Part shown: positions 40,427 to 49,115 of the stretch, in pieces
How the letters are laid out: each line of letters starts with the position of its first letter
Numbering within the stretch: the first letter of the stretch is position 1
Assembly: GCA_050258755.1 (NCBI GenBank)
Contig: JBLMZI010000003.1
Span: 77,131-141,130, forward strand
From: Solirubrobacterales bacterium
Lineage (GTDB): Bacteria; Bacillota; Syntrophomonadia; Syntrophomonadales; DTU052
DNA length: 64,000 nt
Direction of reading: 5' to 3'
Translations under genes and position numbers: made by a program
The notes under the pieces: model-generated
The model's input: only the letters and a program-made list of their open reading frames with translations
What the model was told of the DNA's origin: nothing
The model's database searches: none

Positions 40427-41302
40427 TCAGGCTTTGGCTCTGAGCAGTTGTTTGGCCGCATTCAGCGCCGCAACCTGGCCTTCCCCGGTGGATTTGGACA
40501 GTTGGTAGGGTTGGCCGGTACAGTCGCCGGCCGCGTAGATGCCTTCGATGCTGGTCTCCATCTTTCGGTTCACCTTGATATGGATTCCGTCCTCCTCCAG
40601 TTCCAAGCCCGGCACCAGACGGTCGGGGGCGGTTTCCGAACCGATGATGAAAACACCGTCCACCGTGTATTCCTGCTTGCCCGCAACAATCATGCGAACG
40701 ACCGTGTCGCCGCGCACTTCGCCCGGCCGCTCGTGGACGATTTCCGCCCGAGGATCCACTTTCGGCGGCTCCTTGTACAGCGGGAAGTAAAGCACTTTCG
40801 AGCAGATTTCGGCCAGGTAGTTTACTTCCGGTTCTGTTTCCGGGGTATAGCCAATGACGCCGACCACCTTGCCTTCATATAAAGGGCCGTCGCAGGTCGC
40901 GCAGTAGCCCAAGCCCCGGCCAAGAAAATCGGCTTCGTTTTTCAAGGTTGGACGGTAGGGAACACCGGTGGCGATAATGACGGTTTTTGCGCTGAGCATT
41001 TCACCGCCGCCGTGCATGACCATAAAGCCTTCCTCATCGGGGAAGACGTTATCCGCCTTTGACTTCACGATCTCAACACCCATTGCGGTCGCATGATCGA
41101 TAAATTTAAGCCGCAGTTCATCCCCTTTGATGGCGGGAAGACCAAGGTAGTTCGCAATATGCGGTGCTTTGTGGAGGGGCGGGCTGCACAGGTCCGAGCC
41201 GAGCAGGATGATATCCCGGTTCTTGTTTTTCGCGTTGATTGCCGCGGCAAGACCGGCCGGGCCGCAGCCGATAATGCAGATATCGTAACGATGTTGATCC
41301 AT
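40427..41302 (-). CDS. Flavin thioredoxin reductase-like oxidoreductase
   Basis: GCGPAG, IIATG, YCATCD, GIYAAGD; NADPH-binding motif degenerate. Confidence 0.85.
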   Translation of the reverse strand: MDQHRYDICIIGCGPAGLAAAINAKNKNRDIILLGSDLCSPPLHKAPHIANYLGLPAIKGDELRLKFIDHATAMGVEIVKSKADNVFPDEEGFMVMHGGGEMLSAKTVIIATGVPYRPTLKNEADFLGRGLGYCATCDGPLYEGKVVGVIGYTPETEPEVNYLAEICSKVLYFPLYKEPPKVDPRAEIVHERPGEVRGDTVVRMIVAGKQEYTVDGVFIIGSETAPDRLVPGLELEEDGIHIKVNRKMETSIEGIYAAGDCTGQPYQLSKSTGEGQVAALNAAKQLLRAKA

Positions 41303-41441
41303 TTCGCGACTCCTTCCAACCCAATTTCCTTATTATTGACATTATCCTATTTTCTCCGTTTCGTCGATTCTTCAAGACGGTATTTCGTCCCTTATCGGCT
41401 CGAAAAACGGTCGGGAAAAGCGGCGCAGGATAATTGGAGCC

Positions 41442-41897
41442 CTACTTCACCTTCATGGACCAGGGCAGATCCTCGGAATTGGGGCGGATCAAGTAACTGG
41501 TGGCCGACGTGGCGATCAGTTTTCCGTCCCGATTAACGGCTTCCGCGGTCATGTGGATCAACGTCCGGCCTTTCTGTTTGACCATGGCGGTGACGATCAA
41601 CTCATCGCCGGGGAAAATCGGCCGCTGGAAACTGGTGATCAGGTCGATCGTAGCGACCGGTGCGCACTGGGTCACCAGCATGCTCAGCGGTCCGAAGACG
41701 TTATCGAACGCGGCACAAACGAAGCCGCCCTGCATGGTGCCCCCGGGATTGGCATATTCCGCCCGGACCGGAAACGCCAGGGTCAGGCTTTGGTTCGGTT
41801 CACAACCCACAAAGCGGGGTGCCATGAAATCCGAACATGGCGGCGCGGGCGCGATATCAAGATAACTGAGGCCGGTGGCGCTGCTGGATTCGGTCAT
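41442..41897 (-). CDS. PaaI family thioesterase
   Basis: NPGGTMQGG..AAFD hot-dog motif. Confidence 0.85.
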   Translation of the reverse strand: MTESSSATGLSYLDIAPAPPCSDFMAPRFVGCEPNQSLTLAFPVRAEYANPGGTMQGGFVCAAFDNVFGPLSMLVTQCAPVATIDLITSFQRPIFPGDELIVTAMVKQKGRTLIHMTAEAVNRDGKLIATSATSYLIRPNSEDLPWSMKVK

Positions 41898-42067
41898 AGT
41901 TGGACTGATCTCCTTCCGGTTGATGTCGCTTTTATTGTAAGCAATTTCGACCCTTCAAAGCCAGTTGTCGATGGGTGACCGGCCTCAGTTCTTTCCTGGC
42001 TTGACAAAGCGGCCATAATCATGCGAAAAAGAGAACGAGCTACAAATTGACAAAAGGAGGAACTGCA

Positions 42068-42565
42068 TTGAAGACCAGAGAGCATCTTGAAGAGGCCTTT
42101 GCCGGCGAATCCCAGGCAAATCGAAAGTATCTGGCTTTCTCAAAGAAAGCGGGTTCCGAAGGGTTTGAAATGGTTTCTCGTTTATTTGCCGCGGTGGCCG
42201 AAGCGGAGACGATTCATGCCCACAAACACCTGCAGGTCATGGGCGGGGTCCAGAGCACCCTGGAAAACCTGAAAGGCGCTCTGGAAGGCGAAACCCACGA
42301 GTTTACCGAAATGTATCCGGGTTTTATCGCCGATGCGGAAGCGGAGGGCGAGAAGACTGCGAAGATGTCGTTCCACATGGCCAATGAGGCGGAAAAGGCG
42401 CATGGCGGGCTTTTTAAAAAGGCGGTTGAGGCCATGGAAACCGGTAAGGATTACCCGGCCGAATCGTTTTACCTGTGCCCGGTCTGCGGGTATGTGGAAG
42501 CCGACCACGCGCCGGACAAATGCCCAATCTGCAATACGCCGGGCAAATCGTTCAAACAGTTCTAA
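42068..42565 (+). CDS. rbr: Rubrerythrin family protein
   Basis: AFAGESQA, ETIH, GETHE, EKAH, C-terminal CPVC..CPIC. Confidence 0.93.
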   Translation: MKTREHLEEAFAGESQANRKYLAFSKKAGSEGFEMVSRLFAAVAEAETIHAHKHLQVMGGVQSTLENLKGALEGETHEFTEMYPGFIADAEAEGEKTAKMSFHMANEAEKAHGGLFKKAVEAMETGKDYPAESFYLCPVCGYVEADHAPDKCPICNTPGKSFKQF

Positions 42566-42589
42566 CCGCACTGTTATCAGTAATGCCAC

Positions 42590-42634
42590 AAGAATCCCCG
42601 GATTTCAGGCTTTGAAACCGGGGATTCTTCTTTT
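42590..42634 (+). terminator. Intrinsic terminator
   Basis: aagaatccccgg...ccggggattctt-ctttt. Confidence 0.75.
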
Positions 42635-42706
42635 GAAGGGTCAGGCCGGAGCGGCGCGGGGGAATGGCTGAAAACCGGCGGGCAGATACTAGTTAAAAAC
42701 GAAGGG

Positions 42707-42955
42707 ATGCGCATGATGAACAATTTTGTAGGTTCCGGCTTTGAGAGCGAAATCACGGGGAAAAGCGGGCTGGAGATCGCGGGAATTTTGCTGTCCGATG
42801 GGCGCCAGCTTTCGATCGAAGAGGCGATTGAACTGCGCGACCGCGAGCACATAACCGGCATGCATATCGGGGTGGATGTCCATAACCGCAGGTATCTTCG
42901 GCTTCGGCCGGGCAACGTCGATGACGAGTCATGGGAAGCGCAGTGTTTGATCTGA
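42707..42955 (+). CDS. DUF3892-like small protein
   Basis: LLSDGRQLSIEEAIEL..ITG..YLRLRP pattern. Confidence 0.6.
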   Translation: MRMMNNFVGSGFESEITGKSGLEIAGILLSDGRQLSIEEAIELRDREHITGMHIGVDVHNRRYLRLRPGNVDDESWEAQCLI

Positions 42956-43054
42956 AGGGACGATAAGGCATGGGAAACGGTTGTTGGAAAGCGGGATTGG
43001 ATGGTACTGTAAAAACAGTGCAAAAACAAACCGGAAGGAAAGGCGGAGGGTTCA

Positions 43055-43948
43055 ATGAAACAGCTTACCATTGGCACGGTCGAAATTGCCAACGGGGAAA
43101 CCCTCGGATTTCGTGAATGCGGCGGCGGGCCGCGAACGATTCTGTTCGTTCATGGCAATCTGGTGACGTCTAGATGGTGGGAGCCTTTCATGCTCGGGAT
43201 GCCGGACGGGTTTCGCTGTATTGCGCCCGATCTTCGCGGAGCCGGCCTGTCCACCTATATTCGGCCGGTGGAATCCATGCGCCAGTTTTCCACGGATCTT
43301 AAATTCTTCGCGCAGGAAATGGGATTGAAGCGGTTCATTCTGGTCGGACTGTCCATGGGGGGAACCATCTCGCTGCAGTTTGCCTGTGACTACCCGGAGA
43401 TGGTCGAGAAGCTCATCCTGATCGATTCGCCGACCGCGAAAGGGTATCCTTTCCCGGCCAAAGACGCTGAAGGGAAGATCGTTCCCGGCCAATACTGGAC
43501 CCGCAGTGCGGAAGTGATGAGCGATCCGGTTCAGCTGGTTCCAGCCGCGGCGGCACTCCAGGCTGGAAACCGCGAGTTTATTAAGATGCTCTTTGACCTG
43601 ACGGTTTTCAATCATAAACAGCCGGAGTCCGGCGAATATGAATTGCTCGTCGATGCCGCGATGACGGTAAAGAACTATCCGGATTGCGCCTGGCCGGCGC
43701 AGGTCTTTAATATCTCGCACGAATTCAATGGCGTCGGACCGGGAAGTGGCGAAATTGACCGGGTTATCATGCCGGTGCTGGTCATCAACGGGGAGCATGA
43801 TGTGATGGTTCGGAAGGAGAAGGCGGACGAACTGGCCGCGCAGATCGGACCGAATGCCAGGATTGTGATTATCCCGGAGGCCGCGCACTGCCCGCATATC
43901 GACAATCCGGAGCTGGTCCGAACCGAGATGCTTTCTTTCATGGGTTGA
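43055..43948 (+). CDS. Alpha/beta hydrolase, possibly intracellular PHA depolymerase
   Basis: NGETLGFRE, VHGN, DLRG, GLSMGG nucleophile elbow, terminal His. Confidence 0.85.
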   Translation: MKQLTIGTVEIANGETLGFRECGGGPRTILFVHGNLVTSRWWEPFMLGMPDGFRCIAPDLRGAGLSTYIRPVESMRQFSTDLKFFAQEMGLKRFILVGLSMGGTISLQFACDYPEMVEKLILIDSPTAKGYPFPAKDAEGKIVPGQYWTRSAEVMSDPVQLVPAAAALQAGNREFIKMLFDLTVFNHKQPESGEYELLVDAAMTVKNYPDCAWPAQVFNISHEFNGVGPGSGEIDRVIMPVLVINGEHDVMVRKEKADELAAQIGPNARIVIIPEAAHCPHIDNPELVRTEMLSFMG

Positions 43949-43961
43949 TTAAGGAGGTGGC

Positions 43962-45287
43962 GTGATGAATATTGCGCAGCTATATGCCGCCAAACGGTGC
44001 AGCATTGAATCCGCGCTGGCCTTCATCCGTTCCGGGGATCTGGTGTTCACCGCCCAGGCCGGCGCCGAGCCGGTTGAACTGCTGGAACAGCTTCACACCA
44101 TCGCCGAAAACGGCGTGCGCGGCGTGGAGGTCCAGAACTGCTACCCGGTTCGGAACTACCGGTATATCGCCGATCCTTCAATCGCAGAAGCGATTTTTAT
44201 TCATTCCTGGTATTACACACCGCCGGTCCGGGCGGCACATGCCCATGGCAATGTAACATTCACACCCCAACATGCCCATCGTGCGGTCGTGAAGAAGCTT
44301 TCCGGGCTGAATGGGCGCCGCATGGTGCTGCTGTGCAGCTGTTCACCGATGGATAAACACGGATACCTGTCGTTGTCGATCAGCAATGTTTACGAGCGGG
44401 ATTTGATCGATCACGGAGCCCTGGTGATTTGTGAAGTGAACCCACACCGGCCCAGGACCTTTGGGGACAATCTTGTTCATATCAGCGAAGTGACGGCTCT
44501 GGTGGAGGCCGGTTACGAGATTCCGGCGGCGTCGTTAGCGCCGTTTTCGCCAAACGATGCCGCAATCGGAGCCCGGATTGCCGAACTGGTCGAGGACGGT
44601 TCCACGATTCAGTTAGGGGTCGGCAATATTCCGAACGCAGCGGCCGAGGCGCTCAAGGTGCGGCGGCATCTGGGGATTCATACCGAGATGTTCACTGAGA
44701 CCATGATTGACTTGATCCAGTGCGGCGCGGTGGACAACAGCCAAAAAACCTTGTGCCCGGGCCGCTCAGTCTGTGCCTTTGCGTTTGGTTCACGCCGGCT
44801 GTACGACTATCTGGACGACAACCCGTCAGTGCTGTTCAAGTCCGGTTCCTGGGTGAATGATCCGTATGTCATTGCGCAGAATGACAATTTTGTCTCCATC
44901 AATGCGACGATCGAAATTGACCTGACCGGGCAGTGCGCTTCCGAGTCCTTCGGTCCCCGGCAGTACACCGGGTCCGGCGGGCAGGCGGACACCGTGCTCG
45001 GTGCCCTGCGCTCGCGGGGTGGGAAATCAGTGATTGCTATGAATGCAACCGCCGAGGTGCACGGGGACGGCTCGGTGCGGCCGGTCTCCAAAATTGTGCC
45101 CATGCTGCGGCCGGGGGCGGTGGTTACGCTTTCCCGCAACGACGTGGACTATGTGGTGACCGAATATGGCACCGCATGGCTGCGGGGCCTTTCGGTTCGG
45201 GATCGGGTTCGGGCACTGATCGGCATTGCACATCCCGACTTCCGGGATTGGCTCGCCTCCGAGGCGAAGCGTCATCAGATCTGGTGA
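43962..45287 (+). CDS. Acetyl-CoA hydrolase/4-hydroxybutyrate CoA-transferase family protein
   Basis: DGSTIQLGVGNIP, GIHTEM, GSGGQAD, YVVTEYG, IAHPDFR. Confidence 0.93.
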   Translation: MMNIAQLYAAKRCSIESALAFIRSGDLVFTAQAGAEPVELLEQLHTIAENGVRGVEVQNCYPVRNYRYIADPSIAEAIFIHSWYYTPPVRAAHAHGNVTFTPQHAHRAVVKKLSGLNGRRMVLLCSCSPMDKHGYLSLSISNVYERDLIDHGALVICEVNPHRPRTFGDNLVHISEVTALVEAGYEIPAASLAPFSPNDAAIGARIAELVEDGSTIQLGVGNIPNAAAEALKVRRHLGIHTEMFTETMIDLIQCGAVDNSQKTLCPGRSVCAFAFGSRRLYDYLDDNPSVLFKSGSWVNDPYVIAQNDNFVSINATIEIDLTGQCASESFGPRQYTGSGGQADTVLGALRSRGGKSVIAMNATAEVHGDGSVRPVSKIVPMLRPGAVVTLSRNDVDYVVTEYGTAWLRGLSVRDRVRALIGIAHPDFRDWLASEAKRHQIW

Positions 45288-45309
45288 TTCCGCTGGCCGG
45301 GGCGCTGCT

Positions 45310-45711
45310 TCAGGCGTTGCCTCCCAGGGATCGAATGATATCGAGGGCTTCCTGGGTATTTTCTTTCGGGAGCACCACGGTGAGCAAAAAGGCGCCGCCG
45401 CCGGCCACGCCGTAATCGGCATCACCGATACCGCTGGCGGCAGGATCGGCGGCCAGGAGGACCCGTTCGTCGTCGGAGCGGTCGGTTGTCTGGCTGGAAA
45501 ACTGGGTGAGCGCGGACAGGGAGATGCCTTCGCTCAGGACATTGGTGTACGAGGCGTCACGAGATGTCCCAAACCGGGAAATCCGGTCGATCCGCATTGC
45601 GCCCGGTTCGTTGACCAGGCCGCGGGTGCGGATGGAGCGGGCCGCCTCATCGGCCCGGGTGGATGACGGGAAATAGGCCAAAATGCTTTTTTCGTTTTCG
45701 GGAAGCTGCAT
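45310..45711 (-). CDS. Conserved hypothetical protein
   Basis: GGAGG SD; SILAYF..IDRISRF..LLAADPAASG..FLLTVV. Confidence 0.65.
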   Translation of the reverse strand: MQLPENEKSILAYFPSSTRADEAARSIRTRGLVNEPGAMRIDRISRFGTSRDASYTNVLSEGISLSALTQFSSQTTDRSDDERVLLAADPAASGIGDADYGVAGGGAFLLTVVLPKENTQEALDIIRSLGGNA

Positions 45712-45825
45712 GTGGATTTCCTCCAGTACGGAGATGTTGGGGATAGTTTTCCTTTGGAAGGCCGGATTCATGCCGGTTGAAGCCTAGAACATTTCAGATG
45801 GTTTCGGATGGGGAAAGGAGCGACC

Positions 45826-46008
45826 ATGGACCGGAAGGAATTGACCAGGCTGCTGCAGGAAACCGAAGCTGAGATGGTGCGGGTCAAAGAACAGCTGGCG
45901 CGGGAGCGGAATGAGGATCTGGCGGCAGACTTGAGGCTTGATGTGAAGCGGCTGGAGTACCGGCTGATCAATATAAAGGATCATTTGAACCGCTTAGGCA
46001 TGAATTAA
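45826..46008 (+). CDS. Small coiled-coil hypothetical protein
   Basis: AAAGGAG SD, amphipathic helices, followed by a terminator. Confidence 0.6.
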   Translation: MDRKELTRLLQETEAEMVRVKEQLARERNEDLAADLRLDVKRLEYRLINIKDHLNRLGMN

Positions 46009-46029
46009 TAGATTGAAACCAAAAAGCGG

Positions 46030-46061
46030 AAAAGGACGCCTTTTAATGGGGCGTCCTTTTT
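46030..46061. terminator. Intrinsic terminator
   Basis: aaaaggacgcc...ggcgtccttttt. Confidence 0.75.
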
Positions 46062-46283
46062 ACTTCGTCGGAGCTGACGAAACCGCTTTCCCAAAGCATT
46101 ATGTCTGAAGGATCATTACGGATGATAGCGCGGTGGAAGGAAATGACTTTTTGATCGACTTTGATCGAAAGAAAGAATATTTGCACAAAAGGACAATAGA
46201 GGCAAACGCGAGAAAATGCATAAATTAAATCTACTATAAACGCATTAAACAAGCATGGGAAAAGATGGGAGTTGAGCTTTTTA

Positions 46284-46739
46284 ATGAAACGATGGATTGC
46301 CGGTTTAGTGACGATGCTGTTTGTTTTGGGAATGGCCTGGATTCCGGCCATGGCGGAAGAACCGACCTCGGCCCCCGTTGGCCCTGATTCGGCTATGCAG
46401 CAGGAGACGGAAATGTACATGGGTCCGCCGCCTGAATACCTGGAAGCGAGTAAACCGCCGGAATGGCCGAAAGGCAGTAAAGTTACCGCAGTTAAAATTG
46501 AGGCAAACCGTGTCAAAGTTGCCTGGTCGAGAGCGATCGACAGCGGAGATGACCTATATCAATATTGGATTCTGGTGAATGGGAAACAGATCGGCGAAGT
46601 CAAAAAAAGCCTCAGGAGCTATGTTATCAAAGGCTTAAAACCGAACACTGTTTACAAAATTCAAATCGCAGCCGTTGACGGATTTGGGAATGCATCTGAT
46701 CTAGGGCCGAAAATGACGGTTAAAACGAAACGCAAGTAG
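46284..46739 (+). CDS. Secreted fibronectin type III domain protein
   Basis: Signal peptide; VAW..Y..GLKPNTVYKIQIAAVD..GN FN3 pattern. Confidence 0.82.
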   Translation: MKRWIAGLVTMLFVLGMAWIPAMAEEPTSAPVGPDSAMQQETEMYMGPPPEYLEASKPPEWPKGSKVTAVKIEANRVKVAWSRAIDSGDDLYQYWILVNGKQIGEVKKSLRSYVIKGLKPNTVYKIQIAAVDGFGNASDLGPKMTVKTKRK

Positions 46740-46765
46740 CGTTGGCCAAGAGGAGGGAACAACCC

Positions 46766-47578
46766 ATGAAAAAGCTTGGAGTAATCATCCTGCTCGTTAC
46801 TTTGTTTGTTTCGGTTCTGAATCCAATTAATGCCTGCGCGGCGGCAACCACCAAGAAGTATCGTGTGGTACAGGTGTTTTTCGGCGACGGGACTTATTTC
46901 ATGGTAAGTTCGGAGGTTGGCGGCAAATATGATTCATTGCTGAACAACATGACCGCCAATGCCGCTAAGATGGAGCAGACCTGTATTGAATACCGGTTCG
47001 ACGTTTCTGAATCCGGCTCAATTTTCAGCAAGAATTATGCGATTCAAAATGTTAGCTATACGCTGATCAATATCGCTGAAGAACAGCTGGAAAACGGTGT
47101 TAAAGCAGTAACCGACGCAGTTGCCGAAGACGTTGCAAAAAAAGTTGCAGATACTTTCATCGACGGCAAGTTCGCAAAGGCGGCGGGAACCAAAACGTTG
47201 GCAAAAACAATTGTGAAAAATGGGTTCAGGATTTATGGTGTTATAGTTGGTATTCGCGAAATTAATGCTTGGGATAAGGAACTAACGGCGGCAACAAAAG
47301 AAGTAGCGTCCGGACGGCAAACCCTGCTGAACCTGTATTTAGTACCACGGGATAAGAACACCGGCCTTGATCTTATATACGAAGCATATTGCGATCCGGA
47401 CAGCGCTTGTTTTGCACCGCCATCCCAGACATCGCTGGACAAGTTTGCAACTGCGGTAATGTCAACCGGCAGCTTGGGTATGGGAACGAAGCATGATGCT
47501 GATATGGCATCCGCCCTCGGATTAATGAAAAAATATGTCAGCTCAACGGTGCAGTTGATAGTTAAACTCGCCCTCTGA
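46766..47578 (+). CDS. Secreted hypothetical protein
   Basis: GAGGAGG SD, MKK signal peptide, Ala/Lys-rich helical core. Confidence 0.7.
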   Translation: MKKLGVIILLVTLFVSVLNPINACAAATTKKYRVVQVFFGDGTYFMVSSEVGGKYDSLLNNMTANAAKMEQTCIEYRFDVSESGSIFSKNYAIQNVSYTLINIAEEQLENGVKAVTDAVAEDVAKKVADTFIDGKFAKAAGTKTLAKTIVKNGFRIYGVIVGIREINAWDKELTAATKEVASGRQTLLNLYLVPRDKNTGLDLIYEAYCDPDSACFAPPSQTSLDKFATAVMSTGSLGMGTKHDADMASALGLMKKYVSSTVQLIVKLAL

Positions 47579-47635
47579 TCAACCGCCGGCAGAGAAAAGG
47601 TTATCTGGCAAAGAAGAAAAGCCTGAAAAGAAGTA

Positions 47636-47669
47636 AGAGTCAAAGCCGCTACAATGCGGCTTTGACTCT
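47636..47669. terminator. Hairpin/terminator
   Basis: agagtcaaagccgc...gcggctttgactct. Confidence 0.6.
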
Positions 47670-47864
47670 GCTAATGGGGTTCGGGAAGTAATGTTCACCC
47701 GCCCATGCGTAATTCATACGAATTTATGATCATCCTCGGCTTGCCGACGGATTTTTCAGGCATTTACGGCCCACCGACAGGATTTCGCTTAGAATGTGTC
47801 GAAACGGTTTTTCTGGTAAAGAGCGATCCTCATGGCAAAACCCACAGCATTATAGGAGTACCTG

Positions 47865-49028
47865 ATGAAACAACGGTCGATCTGGCTGACGCTGATTCTA
47901 TGCGCGGCAATTCTGGTTAATCCAGCCGTACCGAAAGCCCAGGCCGGCACTGATACACCGGCTGTATCCACACCCGCAGCGGAAGCGGTGGGGAATTTGA
48001 CGGCTACCTCAATCGGTAGTTCAATTTATGAAGTGACCCCGGCTCCCGAAACCGTATATCAAAAGCCCGTTGTTCCGGCGCCGCCAAGCGGTAATGCAAC
48101 CAGTCCGGACCCGTTAGTCGTTAAGCCGGTTCCCAGGGTCAAAACAGCCCACAAGATTACCCGGAGCGGCTCCACGCTCATCTACGACAACCGTGCCATG
48201 GAAATCATCCAGTTCAGGACCGGGCCGGCCGGCTTTTACGCGAAGGTCATCAATCGGTTCGCTGCGGCGTGCGGCCCCGAGGTCAGGGTTTATTCGCTGC
48301 TGGCCCCAACCGCCTTTGAATTCCTGGACGATCCGGACTATCAGGGGCTGGCGGCACCGCAGAGAGATACCATTGATTATGTGAACAGTTGTTTCGATCC
48401 CGGCGTCATCCCGATTGACGCTTATGGAAAGCTTGCCGCGCATCTGAACGAGTATGTCTTCTTCCGTTCCGATCACCACTGGACGGCGCTTGGGGCCTAC
48501 TACGCGTACCAGGCTTTTATGGAAGCGAGAGGCGAAATACCGGTACCGCTCAGTAAATACCGCCCGGAAAAGATGAACGGCTACCTTGGCTATTTCTATT
48601 GGATAACGAAGAATACCCGGCTGGCGAAGACGCCGGATACCATTACCTATTATGCTCCGCTGGTTCCGGCCAAGATGGAAGTGAACACCGGCAAAGGGTG
48701 GCGGACGAATTCGATTATCAACCGGCAGTTTTCCGCGTCGCGCAGAAAGTACTGCGTATTCCTGGGCAGTGATTGGGCGCTGGCCAGGATCAAAACCGGC
48801 AATCCGAACGGAAAAAAAATCATGGTGGAAAAGGACTCGTTCGGCAATCCTTTTGCCATTTTTCTGATTCCGCATTACCAGGAAATCTACCTGGTCGATA
48901 CGCGGCATTTCAAGGGAAACCTGCTTGATGTGGTCAAGCAGAACGGCATCCAGGAAGTCTTGTTCCTGCACTATATGCTGATACCGGCCGCCAATGATAT
49001 TCCGTGGGCGATCCACATCAGGTTCTAA
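47865..49028 (+). CDS. DHHW family (AlgX/AlgJ/PatB-like) O-acetyltransferase
   Basis: Signal peptide, FRSDHHWTALGAY, KDSF. Confidence 0.87.
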   Translation: MKQRSIWLTLILCAAILVNPAVPKAQAGTDTPAVSTPAAEAVGNLTATSIGSSIYEVTPAPETVYQKPVVPAPPSGNATSPDPLVVKPVPRVKTAHKITRSGSTLIYDNRAMEIIQFRTGPAGFYAKVINRFAAACGPEVRVYSLLAPTAFEFLDDPDYQGLAAPQRDTIDYVNSCFDPGVIPIDAYGKLAAHLNEYVFFRSDHHWTALGAYYAYQAFMEARGEIPVPLSKYRPEKMNGYLGYFYWITKNTRLAKTPDTITYYAPLVPAKMEVNTGKGWRTNSIINRQFSASRRKYCVFLGSDWALARIKTGNPNGKKIMVEKDSFGNPFAIFLIPHYQEIYLVDTRHFKGNLLDVVKQNGIQEVLFLHYMLIPAANDIPWAIHIRF

Positions 49029-49115
49029 AGCAGCCCTCCGGGGCCAGGATAATGTCGCACAGGCCGGTATCGGCGGCCTTTTGGAATACTGTAAAGAATG
49101 GATGTTGATGAACCG

